DNA from: an uncultured Rhodopirellula sp.
Lineage (GTDB): Bacteria > Planctomycetota > Planctomycetia > Pirellulales > Pirellulaceae
NCBI GenBank assembly: GCA_964007735.1
Contig: CAXGAI010000005.1
Location: 62,001-126,000 of the forward strand
Length of the DNA stretch: 64,000 nt
Reading direction: 5' to 3'
How positions within the stretch are numbered: position 1 is the first letter of the stretch; each line of letters begins with the position of its first letter. Under the pieces are notes generated by a model. That model ran no database searches. It had not been told where the DNA came from and saw only the letters and a program-made list of their open reading frames with translations. The position numbers and the translations under genes are program-made. Positions 8,187-18,210 of the stretch are shown piece by piece.

Positions 8187-10907
8187 TTAACTTGCTTGAA
8201 GAGCCGTGAGTTCCGCTTCGATTGATTCAAGAGCGACCTCTGAATCACTCACATTCTTCGTCTCGGTGTCGGCCGATTTTTTCGCGGACGCTAATGCTTC
8301 TTCGTGTGGTTTACGGGCAGCGACAGCATCACTGTATAGCTTCTTCTTCGTCGTCAGATCGGCTTCAGCGGATGTGACCGCCTTCTGAGCATCTGCATAC
8401 ACCGTCTTAGCACTGTTAAGTGCTTCCTGAGCATCTGCAACAGCTTTATCAGCAACCGGTATCTCCGCAGTTTTCTTGTCCGTCAGAGTTTTCAGAGCTT
8501 CCGCGGCTTTCTTCAATTCCGCATCGCCACCACTCTTGGTTACCGCTTCGTTGGATTTCGCAACTGCTTCTCCGAGAGCGACAACGGCGGCCTTGAGCTT
8601 GCTAGCAGCAGCAACCGCATTTGTATGAGTTGCTGTAGCGGCGTTTTGCTTGTCCAACTCAGCTTTAGCCACGGCTTGAGCGTCCGTGACACGTTTAGTC
8701 ACGTCCTGGACGGATGTGTTTGCTGTGGTTACTGCCTGATTAGCAGTGTCGTACTGTTTCTGTATTTCGCCAAGAGTTACCATCATTTCAGCATACTGTT
8801 GCTGATTAACAGCTAAGGCTTCAAACGCTGCAGCCAATCGTGTTCTGACGTCTGTCAGTTTGGCTGTGAAGGCGATTTCTTCGGTCCACTTCGTGACCAA
8901 TGCCTGCGCCGAAACGACAATCGCCTCAGAGTCCATCGCGGCTTTGAGGGCCGTGGCAGCAGCTTCTTCGGCAGGTTTTACCATGGGCGTAATCGCGGCA
9001 ACTTCTTTCTGTCCCGCAGTCATCGCTGCCGCGGCATCAGTAGCTTCCTTTTGGCTGGCTGCCAACTGAGAATTGGTAGTATCGAGTTGCGTCTTGGTAC
9101 TGTTGGCGTCAGCCTGAACCTTTGCCAGCCCAGCCGTGCGTTTGGTAAGCGCGGCTTCCAGTTCAACTGCAAGCTCTCCAAGTTCCTTGTCGTCAGCGTT
9201 CTTGCCGGCTGCTTCTTTAGCCTTCGCCACCGATTCGGTGAGCGAGGGAATCACAGGAGTCATTTTAGCGATGGCAGCGATTAGGGCTTTGTACTGGCCG
9301 TCCTGTTCGGCGGCTGTCTTGGTATAGGTAGCAATTTTCTTATTGGCTGCATCTAAGACTGCTTTAGCAGCGGTTACTTTTTTGTTAGCGGCAACAAGAT
9401 TTGTTTTGATGGTATTGGATTTAGCAGTAGCGGTTGTGGATGCATCTAACAACGGTTTGTAAGCTGCCTGCGCCTGCGACAGGCTAACCTGAGCCTGTTC
9501 CAGCCGGGTTTCGAGTGGCATTGGGTTAACAGGTAGTTCACCAACAAGGGCATTGTCATCTGTTTTCCAGACATTGATTTTACCTGTCCAGTCACCTGCG
9601 ATGATACGATTGGTCTCGTCACAGAAGGAAACTTCCAGAGCGATGTCGGCAAAGGCAGGATAAGTTGCCTGAGCGGCCCCATCCTGATTCCAAATCTTCG
9701 CAGTACGGTCTCGACCTGTCGTTACAATACGACCATCTCGAGCAAATTCCAGACTGGTAACCCCGCCACCATGGGCTCCCCAGGTTTTCACCTGCCTTCC
9801 TTCTTCCATTTCCCACAAACGGACACTACCGTCGATAGAACCTGTCGATAGAATATTTGAGTCAAGTCGCCATGAAATTCCTGTGATACGGTTTGAGTGT
9901 CCTTTAAGTGTTAGGTATTCACGTCCGGTATGAGCTTCCCAGACGTGCATACCACCATTTCGGTCACCGGTTGCCAGAAGTACCCCGTCAGGGCTGAATT
10001 CCATTTTAGTAATCCAGTCCGTATGCTTCTTAGTTTCATACATCAAATCACCCGTGGCGGTTGAGTATACGCGGATCATTTTTAGCGGGCCGCCTAAAGC
10101 GATCATAGATTGATCTGCACTGATATCAGCACCTAGTACGACGTCAAATTCGTCGCCTACTTCAAAGATGCGTTCGCCATTTCTTACGTTATAGACAACC
10201 ACTTTACCGGACTGAGAACCGATTCCACCGCCCGCCAGCAGTAAACTTCCATTACGGCTGAACTTCAGTACATGGGCTATCCCTTCGGGGAAGTCAAGTA
10301 CTCCCAGTAGCTCCATGGTGGCTACGTCATAAAGAGATATCTTCTTTTGACCAGCCACAGCCGTTAGCGAAGACCATGGATTGGTGGCGATGGCTGTAAC
10401 AGCCGCACGTTTGGGAGAGTAGATGTTTGGAGCTTTGTTAAGACGTCCGGGCATAGGGGGGGTCTCAGGTTTACCCGTGGCATTGGGATCTAGCGTCATT
10501 TCAAACTTAGGTTTCTTCGCTACCATGACTTTACTACCAGCATTTTCTGGCATACCCTGATTGATCCACTTTTCCACCAGTGAAATCTCATTCGCTGGAA
10601 TTGGATCCGAGTTTGGCGGCATGAAGGGTTCAGACTCATGTGTAATTAGTAGGAAGAGATAGCTACTACCAGCATCGCCCGGTTCCAAAACATCACCAGA
10701 TGAGCCCCCAAGCATGAGGTTTGTGTAAGTTGAAATATCAAGACCACCGCTTTTCTTGTTCACATTGTGACAAGTAACACAGCGTTGGCGAAAGATAGCA
10801 GACACTTGACCATCCCAAGTGACTTTCGCTTCTTTAACGTCTTCCTGGCCGTAGGTTACAGTGGTAATTCCCAGCAGGATTAGCCCAAGTAAAAAACGAC
10901 GAACCAT
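8187..10907 (-). CDS. Secreted planctomycete cytochrome c domain + WD40 propeller + long coiled coil protein
   Basis: Signal peptide; CVTCH heme motif with downstream MPP; WD repeats (HTDWITKMEFSPDG, GHSNRITGISW); ~440-aa Ala/Lys/Thr-rich heptad tail. Confidence 0.88.
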   Translation of the reverse strand: MVRRFLLGLILLGITTVTYGQEDVKEAKVTWDGQVSAIFRQRCVTCHNVNKKSGGLDISTYTNLMLGGSSGDVLEPGDAGSSYLFLLITHESEPFMPPNSDPIPANEISLVEKWINQGMPENAGSKVMVAKKPKFEMTLDPNATGKPETPPMPGRLNKAPNIYSPKRAAVTAIATNPWSSLTAVAGQKKISLYDVATMELLGVLDFPEGIAHVLKFSRNGSLLLAGGGIGSQSGKVVVYNVRNGERIFEVGDEFDVVLGADISADQSMIALGGPLKMIRVYSTATGDLMYETKKHTDWITKMEFSPDGVLLATGDRNGGMHVWEAHTGREYLTLKGHSNRITGISWRLDSNILSTGSIDGSVRLWEMEEGRQVKTWGAHGGGVTSLEFARDGRIVTTGRDRTAKIWNQDGAAQATYPAFADIALEVSFCDETNRIIAGDWTGKINVWKTDDNALVGELPVNPMPLETRLEQAQVSLSQAQAAYKPLLDASTTATAKSNTIKTNLVAANKKVTAAKAVLDAANKKIATYTKTAAEQDGQYKALIAAIAKMTPVIPSLTESVAKAKEAAGKNADDKELGELAVELEAALTKRTAGLAKVQADANSTKTQLDTTNSQLAASQKEATDAAAAMTAGQKEVAAITPMVKPAEEAAATALKAAMDSEAIVVSAQALVTKWTEEIAFTAKLTDVRTRLAAAFEALAVNQQQYAEMMVTLGEIQKQYDTANQAVTTANTSVQDVTKRVTDAQAVAKAELDKQNAATATHTNAVAAASKLKAAVVALGEAVAKSNEAVTKSGGDAELKKAAEALKTLTDKKTAEIPVADKAVADAQEALNSAKTVYADAQKAVTSAEADLTTKKKLYSDAVAARKPHEEALASAKKSADTETKNVSDSEVALESIEAELTALQAS

Positions 10908-11039
10908 AACTCTTCTCCAAGTAATGATGCTTTTGGATCGGAAGAATTTGTCACAGCATTATCAAGCCATGCAAATTGTATCCGGATCAAGTAGGGATGA
11001 AGAGGACTCAGTAGAGTATCCTCATGTATATAAACAATT

Positions 11040-11080
11040 CTCAATTCAAAGCATTCGCAGGTCGAATACTTTGAATTGAG
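11040..11080 (-). promoter_or_regulatory. Intra-operon stem-loop (18 bp) directly 3' of the DUF1549/DUF1553 gene
   Basis: Minus strand CTCAATTCAAAGTATTCG-ACCTG-CGAATGCTTTGAATTGAG (one G-U pair); only a weak U-tract follows. Confidence 0.65.
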
Positions 11081-11082
11081 GG

Positions 11083-13515
11083 TTAGTGATTAAACACGAA
11101 TTCCCGTGAATTTAACAGAGCCCAGAAGACGTCTTCCAGAGCTTGCTGTTTATTCTCTTCCTGGCCAACCAACTCCATCAAGTTTGTGAGTTCTTTTTCG
11201 GTTGGCTTTCGGGTCATACAGCGAATATAGATTTCTTCGATGATCTTTTCGTGTGGAACTTCTTCACTGAGACGTGTCGCGACCAAACCACCCTGCGTGA
11301 TTTTGGCGTTCACGGTATCTCCATTGAGCATGTGCAATGCCTGTGAAAGATTAGGCTCCATTTTGACCTCACAGGAGCAAACCGTCTCGCGTTTTGCACG
11401 TCCAAAGGTTGTCAGGAAGTAAGTACTGGTATTACCATTAGCAATCTGAACCGCACGAGCACCGCTAGGCAGTCCCGGGAATTTATTTGAGGTGGTGGTC
11501 ACCTGAGTGATTGCATCGAGCAGAACTTCAGCACGCATACGTCGCAATGTGGCATGCGAGAAGTTCGTCATGTCCTTCTCGTTGGTCTCATTGGTTTTGG
11601 TGCTGAGTTGATAGGAGCGTGAGGTACAAATGTCACGAACTAGTTTTTTGAAGTCGTAGTTGTATTCTCTTAGTTTGTCAGAGAGTGCATCGATCAGTTC
11701 TTTATTCACAGGCGGGTTGCTGATCCGAACGTCATCCACTTCCTGGATAATACCTTTGCCAAAGAAATGAGCCCAAACGATGTTGGATAGGTTTTGAGCA
11801 AAGAATGGGTTTTCGTCAGAGGCCAGCCAGTTGGCCATTACCTGCCGGCGGTCTTTACCTGCAACATCAGGAGTTTCCCCTCCCAGGAATTTCGGAGCCA
11901 TAACTCGGTTGCCAACCGGGTGGCGAACGTCACCTGAACCACTGTTAAAGACAATGATTTCCCGTGGGTCTTCCCCACGTTTTCGACCGATTTGAGAGAA
12001 GAATGCTGCGAAACTGTAGTAATCATCCATGGTCCACCGGTCAAAGGGATGGTTATGGCACTGAGCACACTGCATACGCATTCCCATGAACACCTGTGCC
12101 ACGTTTTCGGCAACCTTGAGTGTATTTGTCTCATTTTGGTAATAGTTAGTTGCAGCGTTTGCAAAGGTACCACCATTACTACCCAGTAGTTCCTGAACCA
12201 TGACATTCATTGGTACGTTGTTAGCAACACGTTCCTGTAGCCATGTGTAGTACAGCAACATGGATTTATAGCTAATCTGGTTCGTAGTACGAATGGTGAG
12301 CAGTTCAGCCCATTTCATCACCCAAATTTCGACGAACTCTTTACGCGTTAGTAATTCATCGACAAGTTTGTCACGCTTCTTCGGATCAACATTGGCAAGG
12401 AAAGCGTTGTACTCATCAACGGTCGGTAGCCGGCCTGTGACATCCAGCGTGACACGACGAATGAATTCTTCATCGGTACACAATTCTGAAGGGATGATGC
12501 GTAGATTTTTGAATTTATTGTGCATATGGGCGTCGATGTAGTTGTTTTCCGGAAGTTCGTTCCAGGCAAACTGCAGGTTTTTAGGCAGCACAATGAAGTG
12601 GGTACCAACCGTGTGAGTGTCGAAGCGAGCCATGATGAATGCCTCACCACGGTTTTGAGCAGTTACCACTCCGTCCTGCTCGATTACAGCGGAATTGTCA
12701 TTGTTTGAACTGAAGTAAGCTAGATGCGTTACGTCACGGTCAGTACCATCGGAGTAATATGCGCGGACAGTGATTTTCTGTTGGGCGCCTTCTCCGTTAA
12801 GAACCGCTCCTTTGGGATAGATATCTACTTTGGTGACCGTGGGGATCTCACCCTGATCGAGCAGAGCCCCACTCCGGAGCCATTCGTGAACTGTTTCATA
12901 AAGTTCATCGCCTTTGCGGAAGCGAGTACCACCGGTGTGTGGTACAACTCCCGCTCCTTTAGTTAGCAGGAGGCTGTCTTCGGGGAAAGCGAGGTTGATT
13001 CGGCGCGAACTGAAGTCACGGGTGATACGAGTGTAATCCCCGTTAACATCGAAACCGTAGAGTGATAGTCGGAAACCATCTTTACCTCGAGCCGCACCGT
13101 GGCAACTTCCTGTGTTACAGTTTGCCTTCAGGAAGATCGGCATTATGTCCAACGTATAACTAATCGGTGGAGTTACTTCCGTATTTTGGACTTTCGCAGG
13201 GATTTGAACAGCTTTGCCCTGATATTCGACATTGACGGTCGTTTCACCATCCGCCGCCGGATAGAACGTATAGCCATCCTTGCGCAAGACTTCGGCATTG
13301 ACGGCCGTCAACGTTGCCTGCTCAGTAACGTCTTCGGTAATCCCGTCAGCAAATCGAGCCTGAACGATTATACGTTGACGGTCTCGAGAATTATTGAGGT
13401 CAATGTTCTCGGGATAAACATTAATTTCCACCAACTCCGCCGCAGAGGTAACTACGGTGGTCAGGATGAATGTGAATAATGCTAAACTTCGAAGGATGGT
13501 TTTTGTAGCAGTCAT
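11083..13515 (-). CDS. DUF1549/DUF1553 (PSCyt2/PSD1) protein with Ig-like (Big_2) domains
   Basis: Signal peptide; two Ig-like repeats (V.VYP...ARFADG/AYYSDG..DVT..A); CNTGSCHG; EEFIRRVTLD; MQCAQCHNHPFDRWT; C-terminal EDVFWALLNSREF. Confidence 0.9.
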   Translation of the reverse strand: MTATKTILRSLALFTFILTTVVTSAAELVEINVYPENIDLNNSRDRQRIIVQARFADGITEDVTEQATLTAVNAEVLRKDGYTFYPAADGETTVNVEYQGKAVQIPAKVQNTEVTPPISYTLDIMPIFLKANCNTGSCHGAARGKDGFRLSLYGFDVNGDYTRITRDFSSRRINLAFPEDSLLLTKGAGVVPHTGGTRFRKGDELYETVHEWLRSGALLDQGEIPTVTKVDIYPKGAVLNGEGAQQKITVRAYYSDGTDRDVTHLAYFSSNNDNSAVIEQDGVVTAQNRGEAFIMARFDTHTVGTHFIVLPKNLQFAWNELPENNYIDAHMHNKFKNLRIIPSELCTDEEFIRRVTLDVTGRLPTVDEYNAFLANVDPKKRDKLVDELLTRKEFVEIWVMKWAELLTIRTTNQISYKSMLLYYTWLQERVANNVPMNVMVQELLGSNGGTFANAATNYYQNETNTLKVAENVAQVFMGMRMQCAQCHNHPFDRWTMDDYYSFAAFFSQIGRKRGEDPREIIVFNSGSGDVRHPVGNRVMAPKFLGGETPDVAGKDRRQVMANWLASDENPFFAQNLSNIVWAHFFGKGIIQEVDDVRISNPPVNKELIDALSDKLREYNYDFKKLVRDICTSRSYQLSTKTNETNEKDMTNFSHATLRRMRAEVLLDAITQVTTTSNKFPGLPSGARAVQIANGNTSTYFLTTFGRAKRETVCSCEVKMEPNLSQALHMLNGDTVNAKITQGGLVATRLSEEVPHEKIIEEIYIRCMTRKPTEKELTNLMELVGQEENKQQALEDVFWALLNSREFVFNH

Positions 13516-13580
13516 TGCGTTACAAGACCTGAATATCAAAATGTCAAAGGAATCTAAATAGAATACCGGGGTTAATTCAA

Positions 13581-16058
13581 TTACTTCTCTTCCGAACCGG
13601 CCGGAGTTTCTCCTTCGGCTCTTTGCTTAGCAGCCAGACGAAGTTTCTCCAATCGAGTCAACGGTTTGGCCATTGGCATCGGAGCGGGCATTGGTTTTGG
13701 TGCCTGAGCGACAGGCATTGGCATTGGTTTAGGAGGAGCATTTGGTGGTGGAGGTAGCGGCTTGTCGATCTGTAGCGTGGTTGCTGCAGTTCGAAAAACG
13801 ATTGGTTCACCATTTTGCATGATTGTAATACGGCAAAAGACATTGGTGTGCTTTCCAGCCGGACTTGTTTTGTCCGTCTGGATGTTAAATGTCAACTCTT
13901 CCACAGCCTTGTCGAATTCCAGATTGGTTGTGGTAACCAGATTGGGAAGTCCAAGCAACTCAACTTTAGCATTACCTTCAAAGGCAGTTGTTTGGGTGAG
14001 CTTTCCATAAAGCTGAGTTTCCTGACCTTGCTCACAAGCTGCGCGTTCCAGTGCCAGTCCAACGTAGGGAGCGGCAACGCTGAGCGTGGCAAGTTGGCTC
14101 GAAACCCAAGCGGTACCATTCACGTTGGCAGAACCTAGAACATACATGGGCCATTCACGAATCTGAGCATTACCTGCTGCATTCAGCGGATAGACAGCTT
14201 CCGTTCCACCTGCAGGTACGACGACCGTGGAACGGGTTCCAATCCCAGGTGGCCGGAATGGGAACTGTAGCGTAACGGCTTCGTTAAATCCTTCTTTGCG
14301 ATGGATGAGAACTTTCAGAGCCATTTCCCCATTCTGGACGATTGGTACCTTAGGCTGTACGATTTCAAGCCTGAATGGTAGTTCATCGACCACGGCGATG
14401 GGCAGTTGTTCAACATCTTTGTAAACGTATAGTGACTGGCCAGGTGCAGCAACGACAAGGTCTGCCCGGTTTTTGAAGTGCCCGGCGATTCCTGTGGCGG
14501 GGTCAATATGCTTTCCCTGAAATTTCATTAGTTTACCGGCAATGGGAGCATCAGCGGCTGCTTCAAAGACAACCGGCATTACACTCATGTTGGCCGGCAT
14601 TGGTGGGGCGTGCATAGTAACGCCTTGTGGTAGATCATTGCCTTCAATTGTAATGTCGCCACCAAAGTTAGCTCTGGAAGCGGAGATCAGAGTTGCATAT
14701 TTGCCGCCACGAGGTACATAGATTTGTTGACGCGATTGTGAATAACGTGCTACACGTGGTATCCCCAGTGACAACTGAGCCTTTACGGGACGAAATTCTA
14801 CGCGGTAAACAAAAGTATCTCCCCCACGTTTCAAGTGATCGGTGATTCGCAGTACATATTCACCATCCGCGGGGAATGTGTAGCGGAAGTAACTGTCAGG
14901 CCCGCGAGAGTCATCGTTACCGGCCAGCGAAGCTCCGGCGGCATTGTAAAGATTCATGACAGGATCAAGTGGTGAGCGAATTCGACGAGCGAAGCATTCA
15001 ATATCGAATACCTGCCCTTTCTTCGCTGTAAATTTGAAACAGTCAATATCTCCTTCTGCCTGCACAATACCGTTGAAGGCATTTGGCAATTCTGCAGCAC
15101 AGGCTTCGGCGACTGATTCATTGGGTTCTGTTTCCAGTGAGTTCCCGTTTTCAGAAAGCATGAATGGATTGCCCGACGGAGCGACGCCGTTCGCATCCTG
15201 AGGCACGAGAGAGTATTGATCAATAGGTTCTGCCGGGAGTTGGACTGACTGACTAATGACTCCGGTTGGATCGCCAACGAACCTTACATCAATGGTGTCA
15301 CCAATTTTTCCACCAGCAGGATAGACAGCGAGTGGTCGAGGAAAGGTTCCGACGTGCAGGTTGTAGCGGCAGTTACCGTTGCCGGCATAGCTGCTTTCAC
15401 GAACCATGACGTAAAAAGTACCGTCTTCTTTGGCGACAGCCGAAGCAACAGCGTCCTGTTTTGTAAGCGGGGTGTCATCGTCTGCGGATAATTCAAATCG
15501 TTTTGCATCGATGATAGCGATGTAGGGGTCAAACAAAGTCGTACCTAGCCGCATGGCTTCAATTTCGGCAGAAATACGTTGCCCGGCCTTTAGTTCCACA
15601 GCGTAATAATCCACGTCTTCGTTGGTTACGACACCATGAACTGTGGTATTAAGCTCGATTTTCTGAGGAGCCTCGAAGCTGCTGTTTGGTTCAACTTCAG
15701 CCGTAGCGCCAAATGGGCCAACCCAAAACGTTCGGTATTCGGTTAAACCACTCTTGCAGCGGACATGAGCAACGTGTTCACCCAGTCGACAATCTGCCGC
15801 AATATTAACTTTGGCTGTCACCTTGCCGGCTTCCGGTGTCAACTCGACAACTTCAAAACCCGGAGAGTAGAAAAGAATTTCTTCTGCGTCATCTAAGCGA
15901 GCTCCGTTGAAAGAGATCGAATTTTCGGCACCACGTTGCACATTACGGGGAGTAATAATGCTCAGAGCCGGTGACGAAGCCTGGACAACTGCAGTAAAGA
16001 TCAGCAGCATTGCGCATAGCAATGCAGAGGTGACGATTCGTGGGGATAAACGTCTCAT
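13581..16058 (-). CDS. Secreted PPC (pre-peptidase C-terminal) domain repeat protein
   Basis: Signal peptide from ATG 16058; repeated EVEPN/ETEPN...DVDYY/DIDCF...DP...DD modules; Pro-rich tail; no protease catalytic motif seen. Confidence 0.85.
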   Translation of the reverse strand: MRRLSPRIVTSALLCAMLLIFTAVVQASSPALSIITPRNVQRGAENSISFNGARLDDAEEILFYSPGFEVVELTPEAGKVTAKVNIAADCRLGEHVAHVRCKSGLTEYRTFWVGPFGATAEVEPNSSFEAPQKIELNTTVHGVVTNEDVDYYAVELKAGQRISAEIEAMRLGTTLFDPYIAIIDAKRFELSADDDTPLTKQDAVASAVAKEDGTFYVMVRESSYAGNGNCRYNLHVGTFPRPLAVYPAGGKIGDTIDVRFVGDPTGVISQSVQLPAEPIDQYSLVPQDANGVAPSGNPFMLSENGNSLETEPNESVAEACAAELPNAFNGIVQAEGDIDCFKFTAKKGQVFDIECFARRIRSPLDPVMNLYNAAGASLAGNDDSRGPDSYFRYTFPADGEYVLRITDHLKRGGDTFVYRVEFRPVKAQLSLGIPRVARYSQSRQQIYVPRGGKYATLISASRANFGGDITIEGNDLPQGVTMHAPPMPANMSVMPVVFEAAADAPIAGKLMKFQGKHIDPATGIAGHFKNRADLVVAAPGQSLYVYKDVEQLPIAVVDELPFRLEIVQPKVPIVQNGEMALKVLIHRKEGFNEAVTLQFPFRPPGIGTRSTVVVPAGGTEAVYPLNAAGNAQIREWPMYVLGSANVNGTAWVSSQLATLSVAAPYVGLALERAACEQGQETQLYGKLTQTTAFEGNAKVELLGLPNLVTTTNLEFDKAVEELTFNIQTDKTSPAGKHTNVFCRITIMQNGEPIVFRTAATTLQIDKPLPPPPNAPPKPMPMPVAQAPKPMPAPMPMAKPLTRLEKLRLAAKQRAEGETPAGSEEK

Positions 16059-16088
16059 AATTTCCTGTTGCTCCCATACGTTATAAGG

Positions 16089-16117
16089 TGCGGGTGACGC
16101 TTCGTGCGTCACCCGCA
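16089..16117 (-). promoter_or_regulatory. Intra-operon stem-loop (12-bp perfect stem)
   Basis: TGCGGGTGACGC-TTCGT-GCGTCACCCGCA between the DUF1501 and PPC genes; no U-tract. Confidence 0.65.
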
Positions 16118-16161
16118 ACGCATGTCGTTAATAGTTTGGATTGATTGTTTAGCTGTGGGGA

Positions 16162-17469
16162 CTAAACGATCAATTCCTGTCGTATTTTACCGCCATCTAC
16201 AATTTCAATAGGACGGTCACCAGGAGCCATAAGCTCTTTGTCAGCGACAATACCAATTCGGCTGTAGATTGTGGTTGCCCAGTCTTCAACCGTCAGAGCA
16301 TTTTCTTCAGGTTCACTGGCTGTAGCATTGGATTTACCGTAGACGATACCAGGTTTGGTACCACCACCGGCCATGACAACACTAAAGACCTTAGGCCAGT
16401 GGTCACGTCCAGCATTGCCGTTAATTTTCGGAGTACGTCCGAATTCAGAAGCAATACAAACCAGAGTACTTTCCAGCAATCCTCGTTGATCAAGGTCTTC
16501 GATAAGAGCAGCAAAGCCCTGATCCAAGGCAGGTACCTGTCCTTTAATACTTCCTTCGATATTGCTATGCATGTCCCAGCCACCATAGGTGAGTGTGACA
16601 AACCGTGTTCCGGCTTCCACCAATCGGCGAGCGAGCAACATACGAGCACCCGCAGTGTTGCGACCGTATTTGTCACGTAGTGCAGGATCTTCTTTATTAA
16701 TGTCGAATGCATCTCGGGCTTTTTCGCTGCTGATCAGGCTGTAAGCACGATCGTAGAAAGTATCGACAGCATCAAGTGAGTCGGCTTTCTCTTTATTAGC
16801 GAAATAGTCATTTACAGCACCAAGCATCTTTCGACGTTTGCCGAATCGACTGTCATCAACTCCCCCCGGAAGCTTCAAGTCACGAACCTGAAAACTGCCA
16901 CTGGCGGGATCTGAGCCAAGGCTGAAGCCGGCGTAAGAACTGCTAAGGTAACCTGTACCAGCGAAAACGTTGGGCTGGTTTGGGATACAGACATATGGCG
17001 GCAAGTTGTGACGAGGACCAAATTCGTGAGCTACGACAGAACCCATGGATGGGTACTGCAAAGCAGGACTTGGTCGGTAACCGGTGAACATGTTATGCGT
17101 TCCACGCTCGTGAGCCGCTTCACCATGCGTCATACTACGGCAGATTGCAATCTTGTCAGCAACCTTGGAAGTCTTGACCATTGTTTCATTAAGACGAGTA
17201 CCAGGGACAACGGTTTCAATGCTGCTCATTGGACCCCGATATTCAATGGGAGCGAATGGCTTCGGATCCCATGTTTCCTGATGGGCACATCCACCAGGTA
17301 AGTAAATAAAGATGACGCTCTTAGCCGGGCCTTCCACGCTTTCATAGAATTTCTGGTCAGCCTGGGCTTTCTTCATTCGGAAGTAATCCGAAAGAGATAG
17401 ACCAAGACCACCGAGGAACCCTACTTGCATAAAGGAACGACGACCTAAGTTGTTGCCTTTGCACTTCAT
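16162..17469 (-). CDS. DUF1501 domain protein with Tat signal
   Basis: GRRSFMQVG twin-arginine motif; GG..HQETWDPKP, ARRLVEAG, GWDMH, SEFGRTP, GRDHW. Confidence 0.92.
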   Translation of the reverse strand: MKCKGNNLGRRSFMQVGFLGGLGLSLSDYFRMKKAQADQKFYESVEGPAKSVIFIYLPGGCAHQETWDPKPFAPIEYRGPMSSIETVVPGTRLNETMVKTSKVADKIAICRSMTHGEAAHERGTHNMFTGYRPSPALQYPSMGSVVAHEFGPRHNLPPYVCIPNQPNVFAGTGYLSSSYAGFSLGSDPASGSFQVRDLKLPGGVDDSRFGKRRKMLGAVNDYFANKEKADSLDAVDTFYDRAYSLISSEKARDAFDINKEDPALRDKYGRNTAGARMLLARRLVEAGTRFVTLTYGGWDMHSNIEGSIKGQVPALDQGFAALIEDLDQRGLLESTLVCIASEFGRTPKINGNAGRDHWPKVFSVVMAGGGTKPGIVYGKSNATASEPEENALTVEDWATTIYSRIGIVADKELMAPGDRPIEIVDGGKIRQELIV

Positions 17470-17926
17470 AGTTAAAAGTTTCTCCACTATTTAAAACGAC
17501 ATGTGAACCACGTCTGGTTCATACAATTCGAACTGTAAATACCTGTAACACCAGTGAACTCTGCACGTCTTGCGCAGAACCGGCGAAAGTAAAATTCTAT
17601 TTATCTATCCATCTTAGCAATAACACTTGGGTTTTTCCCGTGTTTTTAAAGCTCAGATGTTTTTTTGAGGTGGGTAATAGGGGCAAAGTAACCAAAGGGG
17701 GGGGTGCCTAAGGGCAATTTCAGTTCAATGATGGTATGTTTTGCACCGTCGGATACTCCTAAGCTTATTTAATTCAGTTTTTTTTACAATCATTCTTTTG
17801 GGGGGATGGAATCGCCGCCGGTGGAATGATCGCCAGAACCGAATCCTGTCTTAGCGCAATACCGCAAATGGAAAATCGTCAGGAATTCCGCATCCATGCA
17901 GTTCTATCATTAAGAAATTTCTAAAT

Positions 17927-18157
17927 TTATGATGCGAGCGGTAGACTCTCCTTATTGCCGTCAAGTATTAGTTTCGCCGGATGAGCAATCGTTTGTGGAC
18001 CATCTTCATAGAGTTCCAGTTCGTTTCGCAGAACTTTAACATCCGATGGTGCTTCAATTCCCAGACGCACTTTGTCTCCGGATACCTTTACCACTGTCAA
18101 AGTGATATCGTTCCCGAGTTGAATTTTCTCACACTCTTTGCGAGACAGTACTAACAT
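17927..18157 (-). CDS. csrA: Carbon storage regulator CsrA family RNA-binding protein
   Basis: MLVLSRK..E.I..G..I...V......VRLGIEAP.DV.VLR.EL. Confidence 0.92.
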   Translation of the reverse strand: MLVLSRKECEKIQLGNDITLTVVKVSGDKVRLGIEAPSDVKVLRNELELYEDGPQTIAHPAKLILDGNKESLPLAS

Positions 18158-18180
18158 CGTTTTACCTCCGTGTAATAACG
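18158..18180 (-). promoter_or_regulatory. csrA RBS hairpin with ACGGAG hexaloop (putative CsrA autoregulatory site)
   Basis: CGTT-A-TTAC-ACGGAG-GTAA-AACG immediately before the ATG. Confidence 0.6.
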
Positions 18181-18210
18181 TGCTTAAGTCAGCAAACGCT
18201 AGCTTTATAA

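Noticed and set aside
13581..16058. Serine protease call for the PPC protein
   Set aside because: No subtilisin or trypsin catalytic motifs visible
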